Below are positions 18,971 through 27,980 of a stretch of 64,000 nucleotides of DNA, one piece after another. The translations under genes and the position numbers were made by a program. Every line of letters begins with the position of its first letter. Within the stretch, counting starts at the first letter, position 1. The DNA comes from a virus (lineage: Duplodnaviria > Caudoviricetes), in IMG/VR virus record IMGVR_UViG_3300029305_003246, positions 71,414 to 135,413 of that record; one strand, 5' to 3'. The notes below the pieces were generated by a model. It was not told the origin of the DNA. It did not search any database and was given only the letters and a program-made list of their open reading frames with translations.

Positions 18971-20452
18971 ATGGCAAATATACAATACATTGATGCAGCA
19001 GCATTAAAACGTGCATTGGTTAAATTCTTAGAGGGAGCTGATGCTAGATTCTTAGGAATAGACGCTAATGCAGTATCAGCTAGTAAATTACAAGTAGCAG
19101 TTAAAATCAACGGTATAGACTTTGATGGTACTCAAAACGTTGATATCAAAGCAGATAATATCGAAGATTTCGAAGCAAAAGTTGCAGAAATATTAGGAGA
19201 TGCAGAAACTACTCACGTACATGATAACAAAGGTGTACTTGATGGTATAACTCAAGAAATGCTTGACGAGTTTGCAGCAAAAATAGGTGTTGAAGACGTT
19301 GAATTATTACTTTACACTAATGCTAACATGTCTGAAGTTAAAGACGTTAAAGGTGCATTAGATACTATAGTATTAAATGTTGTTGCATTAACTAATAGAG
19401 TTAAAGCATTAGAAGATAAAGACGTTGAAATAGCAGGACAAATAGAAGCTATAGAAGGCGAAATAGACGGTATAGATGAAGCTATAGTACAAATAAATGC
19501 TAAAGATGGAGAACAAGATGGCAAAATACAAGCTTTAGAAGGTAAAGTTGGAGAAGATGGCGAAAATGCTAGTGGATTATTCGCTAAAATAAATGCAGTT
19601 GAAGCTAAAGCAGACCAAGCTCAACAAGAAGTTGACGCAGTTGAAGGTAGAGTTGGAGCTTTAGAAGCTAAAGACGAAGAAGTTGCAGGAGAATTAGAAA
19701 GAATAGAAGGAAAAGTTGACGTTGCTCAAGGCGAAATAGATGCTTTAGAAGGTGTAGTAGAACAAGTTAAAAAAGATTTCGCAGCAGGTGACGCTCAAGC
19801 TTTAGCAGATGCTAAAAAATATGCAGATGAAGAAATAGCTAAATTAGTTGATTCAGCTCCAGATGCTATGAATACATTAAATGAATTAGCTAAAGCAATA
19901 GGTGACCATCAAGATGTTTATGATGCATATGTTGCAGAAGTTTCAGGAGAATTAGCTAAAAAAGTTGATAAAGTTGAAGGAAAATCTTTAATAGATGACA
20001 CAGAAATAGCTAGATTAAAAAATGTTGATAACTACAATGATACTGAAGTTAGAGGTTTAATAAGTGGTCTAGAAGGAAAACATGACCAACATGTTCAAGA
20101 TATAAATGCTAATTTAGATAAAAAAGTAGATAAAGTTGAAGGAAAATCTTTAATACTAGATACTGAAATAACTAGATTAGCTACTCTTCATAACTACGAT
20201 GATGCAGAAGTTAGAGGATTAATAGATGCTTGTGAAGCTAAAGATGTTGAGCAAGATGGAAGATTAGATGCAATAGAAGCTAAAGACGTTGCTCAAGATG
20301 GTAGATTAGATGTTATAGAAGCAGCATTACCATTAAAAGCAGTTAAAACTGAAGTTGAAGCAGCATTAGCATTAAAAGCAAATGTAGCAGACATAGTAGC
20401 AATAACTGAAGCAGAAGTTGACTCTATAGTTGGAGAAGTATTCGGAGAATAG
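18971..20452 (+). CDS. coiled-coil fibre shaft protein
   Basis: SASKLQVAVKINGIDFDG, LVDSAPDAMNTLNELAKAI, KKVDKVEGKSL repeats; highly expressed codon style. Confidence 0.75.
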   Translation: MANIQYIDAAALKRALVKFLEGADARFLGIDANAVSASKLQVAVKINGIDFDGTQNVDIKADNIEDFEAKVAEILGDAETTHVHDNKGVLDGITQEMLDEFAAKIGVEDVELLLYTNANMSEVKDVKGALDTIVLNVVALTNRVKALEDKDVEIAGQIEAIEGEIDGIDEAIVQINAKDGEQDGKIQALEGKVGEDGENASGLFAKINAVEAKADQAQQEVDAVEGRVGALEAKDEEVAGELERIEGKVDVAQGEIDALEGVVEQVKKDFAAGDAQALADAKKYADEEIAKLVDSAPDAMNTLNELAKAIGDHQDVYDAYVAEVSGELAKKVDKVEGKSLIDDTEIARLKNVDNYNDTEVRGLISGLEGKHDQHVQDINANLDKKVDKVEGKSLILDTEITRLATLHNYDDAEVRGLIDACEAKDVEQDGRLDAIEAKDVAQDGRLDVIEAALPLKAVKTEVEAALALKANVADIVAITEAEVDSIVGEVFGE

Positions 20453-20462
20453 TATAATTTAG

Positions 20463-20494
20463 GGAGGTGGGAGTTGTTCTCCCACCTCTTTTTT
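20463..20494 (+). terminator. intrinsic terminator
   Basis: GGAGGTGGGAG-ttgtt-CTCCCACCTCT followed by T-run. Confidence 0.8.
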
Positions 20495-20522
20495 ATATAA
20501 ATCAGTTAAGAGGGGTGATATA

Positions 20523-20774
20523 GTGGTTGGATTTGAAAATCTAAATACATTCAAACATTTTGTTGAAAAGTTGAAAGATATTTTAGCGACTATCTCTTAT
20601 GTTAACGAGTTAGATGCTAAAAATCTAAAAACAGGAAATTATAATTCTCTAAACACTTCTAATAAAACAGTTATTGGTTCAATAAATGAAGTAAATTCGT
20701 TTTTACAAGTAGACTACAATGATTTAATGCAAGATATTAATGAAATTGGAGCATCATTGCCAGATAATAGTTAG
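20523..20774 (+). CDS. short fibre connector protein
   Basis: LNTSNKTVIGSINE motif; C-terminal VDYxxL..DIN motif shared with ORF 56371. Confidence 0.6.
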   Translation: MVGFENLNTFKHFVEKLKDILATISYVNELDAKNLKTGNYNSLNTSNKTVIGSINEVNSFLQVDYNDLMQDINEIGASLPDNS

Positions 20775-20816
20775 TATATATTAAGTAAGTAAATAAAATT
20801 GAAAGGAGTCGATTAA

Positions 20817-22319
20817 ATGGCAAACTTAAATGATGTATTACAAGGTCTAGTCAACTTGAACTCCAAGATGGCAAATAATATAAATAGCATGTTAGATAGT
20901 ATTGGTGAAGGTTTCCTTGATGTTGGGGAAATATCTTTTAATGGCAATACTGTAACATTGTCAAATGCAGTAGTTCTTGTAAATGGTTCAAATAAACAAG
21001 TTCCAAATCTATCTGCAACATTTACGGGCAATCAAATATGCTTTTTAGAGTTTAAAGCCAATAAGAGTTTCGCTTTAAAATTAGTAAATGTTACTGATGC
21101 GAATTTCAATTATAATTCTTCATCATTAACATCTACATCCAAACATTTCGCAGTAGCACGCCGTTATGGTAGTGTTATTGAAGATGTTAGAGTTATTGGA
21201 ATGGTGTCTGATGATAAGACTATAGTAGGAGCTTTAAATGGAGCATTAAAAGCTATCGATTTAGATAATAGTGCAGATTTAGAGCTTAACTTAGATGCAT
21301 TATCTAGAATATCTGCATTAGAAACTAACAAAGTCGATAGAACTTATGTAACTAACTATGTTAGTACAGCAATAAAAGATAAAATAGAAAAGTCTTATGT
21401 TGATGATAATTTTGTATCTAAAACTGATAATAATTTCGTATCTAAAACTGATAATAATTTAGCAACTACTGATAAGACTATAGTAGGTGCGATTAATGAG
21501 GTTTTTCAACGTGGCAATAATGTGAAACAATTGTTAGTAGACGCATTAATTGCCAAAGATGTTACAGCATCTACTGACGAAAGTTTCGAAAGTTTAATAG
21601 GTAAAATTAGTGAAATCCAAGGTGGTTCAGGAGGTACTCCTATAACAAGTTATGCGACGATAACCGTAAATTCATCTGATTTAGTTCTAAATGGTGATTA
21701 CTATTACTACTCAATAGAATCTTTTGATTGGGATAATATAACTCTTATTTTAGCCGATGTTAAAGCAATTGATGACGATATAGGATTTACTCAATATTAT
21801 ACCAATATATTATATCCACCAGAAAGATTTGCAGGGAAATATACATTCTTTGTAGGAAATTTTAATGGTAATGGAGGAACAAGTGTTTATGAGGGTTCAA
21901 GTTGGGATTCAATACCAATAATGAAATCAACAGATAACTTTAGTAATGGGACTCTAACTATTTTTTACAAAGCAGGAACAGTTTCAAATTCTCGTGGTCT
22001 AACTTCACTTAGTCAAGAAACCACTCAATATCGTTCTGTTGATTACAATACTATTGATTTAAATTCTATACCAGGTAAATTTGATTATATTATATTTGAT
22101 TTTTATGCTCATACAGTCGATGCCGACGGATGTAATATGACTGTAATATATGATTGTAACTCCAAGAAATGTTGTTACATGATTCGAGGGTATTATAAGT
22201 ATTGCTATCAATTTGATAATGTACCTTCCAATTTAATTCCTATATTACGTTCAGATTTATCTTCAATAGAGCAGGTTTATTATACAGGTTTCATTGCAAA
22301 TAATGGTACGATTGGATAG
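20817..22319 (+). CDS. tail fibre/RBP 1 (stalk + unknown C-terminal head); contains -1 frameshift cassette
   Basis: KTIVGA(L/I)N repeats; NEVFQRGNNVKQLLVDALIAK motif; aromatic-rich C-terminal domains. Confidence 0.7.
   Translation: MANLNDVLQGLVNLNSKMANNINSMLDSIGEGFLDVGEISFNGNTVTLSNAVVLVNGSNKQVPNLSATFTGNQICFLEFKANKSFALKLVNVTDANFNYNSSSLTSTSKHFAVARRYGSVIEDVRVIGMVSDDKTIVGALNGALKAIDLDNSADLELNLDALSRISALETNKVDRTYVTNYVSTAIKDKIEKSYVDDNFVSKTDNNFVSKTDNNLATTDKTIVGAINEVFQRGNNVKQLLVDALIAKDVTASTDESFESLIGKISEIQGGSGGTPITSYATITVNSSDLVLNGDYYYYSIESFDWDNITLILADVKAIDDDIGFTQYYTNILYPPERFAGKYTFFVGNFNGNGGTSVYEGSSWDSIPIMKSTDNFSNGTLTIFYKAGTVSNSRGLTSLSQETTQYRSVDYNTIDLNSIPGKFDYIIFDFYAHTVDADGCNMTVIYDCNSKKCCYMIRGYYKYCYQFDNVPSNLIPILRSDLSSIEQVYYTGFIANNGTIG
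21500..21578 (+). other. candidate -1 ribosomal frameshift signal, type A pseudoknot
   Basis: G_GTT_TTT 21500-06; spacer CAACGT; S1 GGCAATAATGTG(21513-24)/CGCATT-A-ATTGCC(21542-54); S2 GTTAGTAGA(21533-41)/TCTACTGAC(21570-78); -1 stop TAA 21518-20. Confidence 0.75.
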
Positions 22320-22337
22320 TATTAAATAATATATCAA

Positions 22338-22364
22338 AAGGGAGGAGAAATTTCTCCCTTTATT
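22338..22364 (+). terminator. intrinsic terminator
   Basis: AAGGGAG…CTCCCTT then TATT. Confidence 0.55.
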
Positions 22365-22386
22365 CTTAAAAAGAGGTGATAATTAA

Positions 22387-25300
22387 ATGGCAAAGCCAAA
22401 GTTTATACAAGAAAATGGTGAAACTATTATACCAATTACGCATGAAGATGCCGTACTTGATAATAATGGTCAAAGTATCTCATCTAAATATGTACAAAGA
22501 GAAGATTCATCTTTAATGACTACATCTAAAAATGTAGTTGATGCTATAAATGAATTATCTATGGAATCTGTCACTACTGAGTCTTATACTAACGGTGATG
22601 ATATCCAAATAGAACAAATAGATTATTCTGATGTTATAGATGATGTAACTTCTTTACAAACTGATGTAGGTGATTTAAGTTCTTTACAAACTAAAGATAA
22701 ATCGAATTTAGTCGGTGCATTAAACGAGCTTTTTCAAGATGTCGATAGTGGAAAACAACTCATAGCCGACGCTATCGACGATGAGAATATTACTAAAAAT
22801 TCTACATTTAGTGCTATGAGTGAGGCAATAACAAATATAAAACAGTCAGCAGGCTCAGGTTCCCCTACTGATGGAAGATTGGCTCTTTATTATGAGATGA
22901 TAGATAAGGGATACGTTGAAGCTAATGAAACTATGTCTATTAATGAGTTAGTTAATTTACTTGAAGAATGTGACTTTGACCCTAATGAAGTTAAACAAAT
23001 TTTTAGTGGTGACCAACATACATTCCTTATAAAAAATGACGGAAGTTTATGGGCATGTGGATATAACAGTTATGGTCAGTTAGGGCTAGGTACTACTTCT
23101 ACTAAATACACATTTACTCAAGTTACTGAAAACATAAACAACGATGTTGAACGAGTATTTTGTTTTTCCAGTCATACATTCATTTTAAAAACTGATGGTA
23201 CATTATGGGCTAGTGGTTGGAATTCACATGGTCAATTAGGATTAGGTGATAATACAAATAGGAATACTTTCACTAAAGTTGAAGGTATGGACTCTAATGT
23301 TAAGGAAGTTGTTTGTGGGTCAACTTATACATTCCTTATAAAAAATGACGGAAGTTTATGGGCAACTGGGGGTAACAGTTATGGATATTTAGGATTAGGG
23401 GATACTACTAATAGAAATACATTCACTAAAGTAACTACTAATATAAATAACGACGTGAAACAAGCAACTTTTGGGGGTGGTCATGCATTTATAGTGAAGA
23501 CTGATGGAAGTTTATGGGGTTGTGGTCTTAATAATGTTGGACAATTAGGGTTAAATGATGCTACTAATAGAACTACATTCACTAAAGTAACTACTAATAT
23601 AAATAACGACGTGAAACAAGTAGTTTGTGGAGATAGACATACTGTTATATTAAAAAATGATGGCAGTGTATGGAGTAGTGGTAGAAATGCATATGGAAGT
23701 TTAGGGCTAGGTGATACTTCTAATAGAACTACATTCACTCAAGCAGTAAATAATGTTAAACAAATATCTTGTCATTGTTATACGACAGTAATACAAAGAA
23801 ATGACGGAACTTTATGGGCTTGTGGTTATAATGATTATGGGCAATTTGGTATAAGCGATACTGATTATAAGACTACTTTCATTCAAATTGCTCAGGATAT
23901 AGGTACTAATATTAGAGAGGTAATAGTAGGTTATCGTACCACTTTTATTATTATGAACGATGGTACGATATATGCAGCAGGTTATAATTATTATGGACAA
24001 CTAGGGTTAGATCCAAACACTGAACGATATAAGACATTCACCATTACATTACCACTTGATACTTCTCCAGAGTATCAAGATAAATTAAAGGTATATCAAT
24101 TCTTAAAAAGTGCTATAGGTTTACCAGTTAGAGGTTCAATGTCTATTGAAGAACTGTTGGAAATTCTAATAGATAAAGGAGACCAGCTTGAAGATGTTTT
24201 AGTTGATGTTAAAGATACTTTAATTAATCTAATGCAAGATAATAACCATATTATTACTGATGAAAGTCTTGATAGTCTATTAGATTTATTGAAAAAAAGT
24301 AATATTGATATTGGTGGTATTAAACAAATAGCTTGTGGTAGTTATCATGCAGTTGTATTAAAAAATGACGGAAGTGTATGGACTACAGGTTATAATAATA
24401 GGGGTCAATTAGGAGTAGGTGATACTAGTAATAGGACTACATTCACCAAAGTAACAACTAATATAAACAATGACGTAAAACAAATAGCTTGTGGTAATCA
24501 ACATACATTCATCCTAAAGAATGATGATAGTGTATGGTCTTGTGGTTATAATGTTAGTGGACAATTAGGATTAGGTAATATTCCTAATCAAACTACATTT
24601 GCTCAAGTAACTACAAATATAAATAATGATGTTAAACAAATAGCTTGTGGTAATAATTCTGCAATTATATTAAAAAAGGACGGAAGTATATGGTCTTGTG
24701 GTTATAACAGTTATGGGCAGTTAGGACTAAATGATACTTCTAATAGAGCCTCATTTACCCAAGTAACTACAAACATAAATAATGACGTTAAACAAGTATT
24801 TTGTGGTTATAATCATACATTTATTCTAAAGAATGACGGAAGTTTATGGGCTAGTGGTTATAATAATTATGGTCAACTAGGATTAGGCGATACTACTAAT
24901 AGAACTACATTCACTCAAGTAACTACTAATATAAATAACGATGTTAAACAAGTAGCTAATGGTCAGTTTCATACATTAATATTAAAGAACGATGGTAGTT
25001 TATGGAGTTGTGGTCAAAATGATTATGGACAATTAGGATTAAATGATACTACTACTAATAGAACTACATTTACTCAAGTTATAAATAATGCTAAACAAAT
25101 CGCTTGTGGTGAATATTATACAATTATATTAAAGAATGATGATAGTGTATGGTCTTGTGGTGTGAATGATTATGGTCAATTAGGACTAGGCGATACTACT
25201 CAAAGAACTTCATTCACCAAAGTAACTACAAATATAAGCAATATAAAACAAATAGCTTGTGGTTATTATCATGTATTTATAATAAAGAATGATGGTAGTA

Positions 25301-25392
25301 TATGGGGTTGTGGTTTAAATGACGAAGGTCAATCAGGATTTGGTGATTATAGTAATAGAAAAACATTTACCCAAGTACCAAGGGGATTCTAA
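22387..25392 (+). CDS. RBP 2: stalk + two RCC1/BLIP-II beta-propeller regions; contains -1 frameshift cassette
   Basis: About 14 repeats of KQIACG..HT.ILKNDGSLW.CG.N.YGQLGLGD. Confidence 0.85.
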   Translation: MAKPKFIQENGETIIPITHEDAVLDNNGQSISSKYVQREDSSLMTTSKNVVDAINELSMESVTTESYTNGDDIQIEQIDYSDVIDDVTSLQTDVGDLSSLQTKDKSNLVGALNELFQDVDSGKQLIADAIDDENITKNSTFSAMSEAITNIKQSAGSGSPTDGRLALYYEMIDKGYVEANETMSINELVNLLEECDFDPNEVKQIFSGDQHTFLIKNDGSLWACGYNSYGQLGLGTTSTKYTFTQVTENINNDVERVFCFSSHTFILKTDGTLWASGWNSHGQLGLGDNTNRNTFTKVEGMDSNVKEVVCGSTYTFLIKNDGSLWATGGNSYGYLGLGDTTNRNTFTKVTTNINNDVKQATFGGGHAFIVKTDGSLWGCGLNNVGQLGLNDATNRTTFTKVTTNINNDVKQVVCGDRHTVILKNDGSVWSSGRNAYGSLGLGDTSNRTTFTQAVNNVKQISCHCYTTVIQRNDGTLWACGYNDYGQFGISDTDYKTTFIQIAQDIGTNIREVIVGYRTTFIIMNDGTIYAAGYNYYGQLGLDPNTERYKTFTITLPLDTSPEYQDKLKVYQFLKSAIGLPVRGSMSIEELLEILIDKGDQLEDVLVDVKDTLINLMQDNNHIITDESLDSLLDLLKKSNIDIGGIKQIACGSYHAVVLKNDGSVWTTGYNNRGQLGVGDTSNRTTFTKVTTNINNDVKQIACGNQHTFILKNDDSVWSCGYNVSGQLGLGNIPNQTTFAQVTTNINNDVKQIACGNNSAIILKKDGSIWSCGYNSYGQLGLNDTSNRASFTQVTTNINNDVKQVFCGYNHTFILKNDGSLWASGYNNYGQLGLGDTTNRTTFTQVTTNINNDVKQVANGQFHTLILKNDGSLWSCGQNDYGQLGLNDTTTNRTTFTQVINNAKQIACGEYYTIILKNDDSVWSCGVNDYGQLGLGDTTQRTSFTKVTTNISNIKQIACGYYHVFIIKNDGSIWGCGLNDEGQSGFGDYSNRKTFTQVPRGF
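22728..22821 (+). other. candidate -1 ribosomal frameshift signal, type B pseudoknot
   Basis: G_CTT_TTT 22728-34; spacer CAAGAT; S1 GTCGATAGTG(22741-50)/CGCTATCGAC(22770-79); S2 ACTCATAGC(22758-66)/GCTATGAGT(22813-21); -1 stop TAG 22746-48. Confidence 0.75.
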
Positions 25393-25409
25393 TAAATAAT
25401 CTTATATTC

Positions 25410-25443
25410 AAAGGAGGAGTTCAAAACTTCTCCTTTTAACGTT
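25410..25443 (+). promoter_or_regulatory. terminator hairpin fused with GTTCA-N16-CGTT promoter
   Basis: AAGGAGGAGTT-caa-AACTTCTCCTT+TT; GTTCA 25419-23, CGTT 25440-43. Confidence 0.7.
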
Positions 25444-25473
25444 CTAAATTCTGAAAGGATGTGATTTATTAAT

Positions 25474-27906
25474 ATGGCTAAAATAAAAAAAGTGCAAAAG
25501 AACGGCGAGGATATATATTTAGTTACTCATGAAAATGCAGTACTAGATAGTGATGGAAACACTGTTGGTGAAAAATTATCCGATATATCTAATATAATCG
25601 GTGATACTTCTCAATTACAAACAAATGGAAAATCTATAGTAGAAGCGATGAATGAGGTTTTTCAATGTGGCAATAATGCGAAGAAGGAGTTAGTAGACGC
25701 ATTAGTTGCCAAAGGTGTTTCAGCATCTACTGACAATACTTGGAAAGAGGTTACAAATTCAGTCAAAGATTTACCTTCTAAAATGTTTAGACCTTATGTT
25801 ACAGGTGACCATACTTTGTTCCTTGTTGGTGATGAAGTTTGGTCTTGTGGTGATAACGGTTATGGTCAACTAGGATTAGGGGATACTACTGATAGAACTA
25901 CATTTTGCAAAGTTGATTTTAAAGATGTCTATCAAGTAGCATGTGCATATGCATATAGTGTTATAGTTAGAAAAGATGGTACATTATGGGGATGTGGGCA
26001 TAATACTTATGGCCAGTTAGGTTTACCAAAAGGGTCTGCTAATCCTAATGTATTTACTAGACTTGGAAACATATCTAATATAGATAGAGTTTTTTGTGGA
26101 TATTATCATATGTTTGTTCTTAAAAAAGATAATACTGTATGGGTTACAGGTAGAAATACTGATGGGCAATTAGGTATAGGAACTAAAACTGACCAATTTG
26201 GATTTGTACAAAACACAGATTTAATAGCATCTGATATAAAGAAAATAGAATTCACAGGTTTTGCATCTTTCGTATTAAAAAAAGATGGTACATTATGGGG
26301 ATGTGGTGATAACGCATATTCACTTCTTAATATGCCATCTGATTCGACTCCACATACTACTTTTATTCAAATAGCATCTGATGTTGATGATGTATGGGCA
26401 GGGAGTGACCATTGTTTTCTAAGAAAAACAGATAATACTATATGGAGTTGGGGTAGAAATGATGAAGGACAACTAGGTTTCCCCGAGTATGATACTTCGA
26501 CTTCATCTGCATATACTATGCAGCAACTTCAATCCATTGATTTTTCTAAAATAAAAACTGTATTCCTTTCTAATGATACTTCTTTCCTACTTCAAACTGA
26601 CGGTGTTTTATTAGCTTGTGGTCATAACTATTATGGTAGTTATGGTAGTGGAAACTCTAGTGAAGTTAAAGAATTCACACAAGTTCAATCTGATATTGCA
26701 GAATTATTTGGTGATACATCCTCACAAGGTTTATTTGGATTAAAAACTGATGGAAAATATTATATTTGGGGATATAATGGTTACAGTCAACTTGGAAATG
26801 GGTTAACATCTACTATTTATACACCTGTTGCTCATCCAGATTTATCTTTCGATGCAGGTTATACAGCATTAAAGAATAAATTAAGTATGATGTATGACGT
26901 ATCATCTGCTAGTACTGTAGAGGAACTTTCCGAGTTAATACAAATAGCACCTCCTTTAACTGACCTTTTCGGCAACACTTGTTTTACTAAATATATGCCA
27001 GTTCATGGTGCATCTTATGGCTTTACATTAGGTTCTGATGGATATTATTGTAGTACAAATAAAGCTATAAAGAGCTCTTCATCAGTTGGTCAAGTATTTG
27101 TTTACATTCCACCTTATCCACCTAATACATCAAATGTTATCTTATATTCTGTTTATTTAGATTGTATCTCTAATGGTGAGAATAACTACGACTTCGGTTT
27201 AATAGGTAAATTGAATGAAACTCTTACTTTAAACTCTACAGCTGATTCAAATGTCCTTAAATCTTTCAAAGGATTAGCAAGTACAAATGTTCAGTCTGTC
27301 CTTTTAGCAGAGTCAGTAGAGAGTGCAAATTTATCTGATGCTATAGTAGGGTCTTATTATGTTAAGTATAGAAAAGATGGTTCGAGCGATTCAAATGATG
27401 ACCATTTTAAATTCAAAATTAGAATTGTTGAAGGTATAGTTGGTTGTTGTTTCGATGCAGGTTCTCAAATATTATTAGCTAATGGTACTACTAAAAACAT
27501 TGAAGATATTGTCAAAGGTGATATAGTAATGTCTTTAAATGAAGCTACTAAAGAATTTGAGCCTAAGCCAGTTAAATCTTTAATAGTTAAAGAAAATTCT
27601 GATGACTTAGTATTTATACATTTATCTAATGGTACTAAGATAGGAATGAGAGCATATCATCCATTATTAACAGTTGATGGATGGAAATCACTTAGACCAG
27701 ACTTTGATGATGTTATTAAAGAAGTTGGAAATGTTGAGTTACTTAAAATTGGAGATGTTTTAGTAGGTTACGATGAAAACTTAGAGATTATCAATATCGA
27801 GTCTAGACCTTACGTTGAAAATTATACTACTTATAATCTAGACGTTGAAGATAATGATAACTATGTAGTAGAGGGCATTGTTGCACATAATGCAGCATGT
27901 AAATAA
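25474..27906 (+). CDS. RBP 3: stalk + RCC1 propeller + beta-sandwich + C-terminal Hint (intein-like) domain; contains -1 frameshift cassette
   Basis: RCC1 repeats; CFDAGSQILLANG…IEDIVKGDIVMS…YHPLL…TYNLDVEDNDNYVVEGIVAHN. Confidence 0.85.
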   Translation: MAKIKKVQKNGEDIYLVTHENAVLDSDGNTVGEKLSDISNIIGDTSQLQTNGKSIVEAMNEVFQCGNNAKKELVDALVAKGVSASTDNTWKEVTNSVKDLPSKMFRPYVTGDHTLFLVGDEVWSCGDNGYGQLGLGDTTDRTTFCKVDFKDVYQVACAYAYSVIVRKDGTLWGCGHNTYGQLGLPKGSANPNVFTRLGNISNIDRVFCGYYHMFVLKKDNTVWVTGRNTDGQLGIGTKTDQFGFVQNTDLIASDIKKIEFTGFASFVLKKDGTLWGCGDNAYSLLNMPSDSTPHTTFIQIASDVDDVWAGSDHCFLRKTDNTIWSWGRNDEGQLGFPEYDTSTSSAYTMQQLQSIDFSKIKTVFLSNDTSFLLQTDGVLLACGHNYYGSYGSGNSSEVKEFTQVQSDIAELFGDTSSQGLFGLKTDGKYYIWGYNGYSQLGNGLTSTIYTPVAHPDLSFDAGYTALKNKLSMMYDVSSASTVEELSELIQIAPPLTDLFGNTCFTKYMPVHGASYGFTLGSDGYYCSTNKAIKSSSSVGQVFVYIPPYPPNTSNVILYSVYLDCISNGENNYDFGLIGKLNETLTLNSTADSNVLKSFKGLASTNVQSVLLAESVESANLSDAIVGSYYVKYRKDGSSDSNDDHFKFKIRIVEGIVGCCFDAGSQILLANGTTKNIEDIVKGDIVMSLNEATKEFEPKPVKSLIVKENSDDLVFIHLSNGTKIGMRAYHPLLTVDGWKSLRPDFDDVIKEVGNVELLKIGDVLVGYDENLEIINIESRPYVENYTTYNLDVEDNDNYVVEGIVAHNAACK
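25656..25734 (+). other. candidate -1 ribosomal frameshift signal, type A pseudoknot
   Basis: G_GTT_TTT 25656-62; spacer CAATGT; S1 GGCAATAATGCG(25669-80)/CGCATT-A-GTTGCC(25698-710); S2 GTTAGTAGA(25689-97)/TCTACTGAC(25726-34); -1 stop TAA 25674-76. Confidence 0.75.
27448..27891 (+). other. Hint (intein-like/BIL) autoprocessing domain, about 148 aa
   Basis: Begins Cys-Phe, block-B His (RAYH), ends His-Asn; +1 residue is Ala; no homing endonuclease. Confidence 0.85.
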
Positions 27907-27916
27907 TATATATTCA

Positions 27917-27949
27917 AAGGAGGAGTTCAAACTTCTCCTTTTAAACGTT
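27917..27949 (+). promoter_or_regulatory. terminator hairpin fused with GTTCA-N16-CGTT promoter
   Basis: Near-identical to the 25410 element; GTTCA 27925-29, CGTT 27946-49. Confidence 0.7.
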
Positions 27950-27980
27950 TTAAAATTATGAAAGGATGTGATTTAACGGT

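Noticed and set aside
20697-20725. G_TTT_TTA heptamer in ORF 20523 after an INE motif
   Set aside because: No stimulatory structure evident, and it lies near the natural end of a short ORF.
22990-25392. Near-identical RCC1 repeat DNA (and BspA repeats) as possible DGR template/variable repeats
   Set aside because: No reverse transcriptase in the window; all copies lie within ORFs, and the differences are not adenine-specific.
27448-27891. Mobile intein with homing endonuclease
   Set aside because: Only about 148 aa, no LAGLIDADG/HNH motifs, +1 residue is Ala, and it is not inserted in a conserved enzyme.
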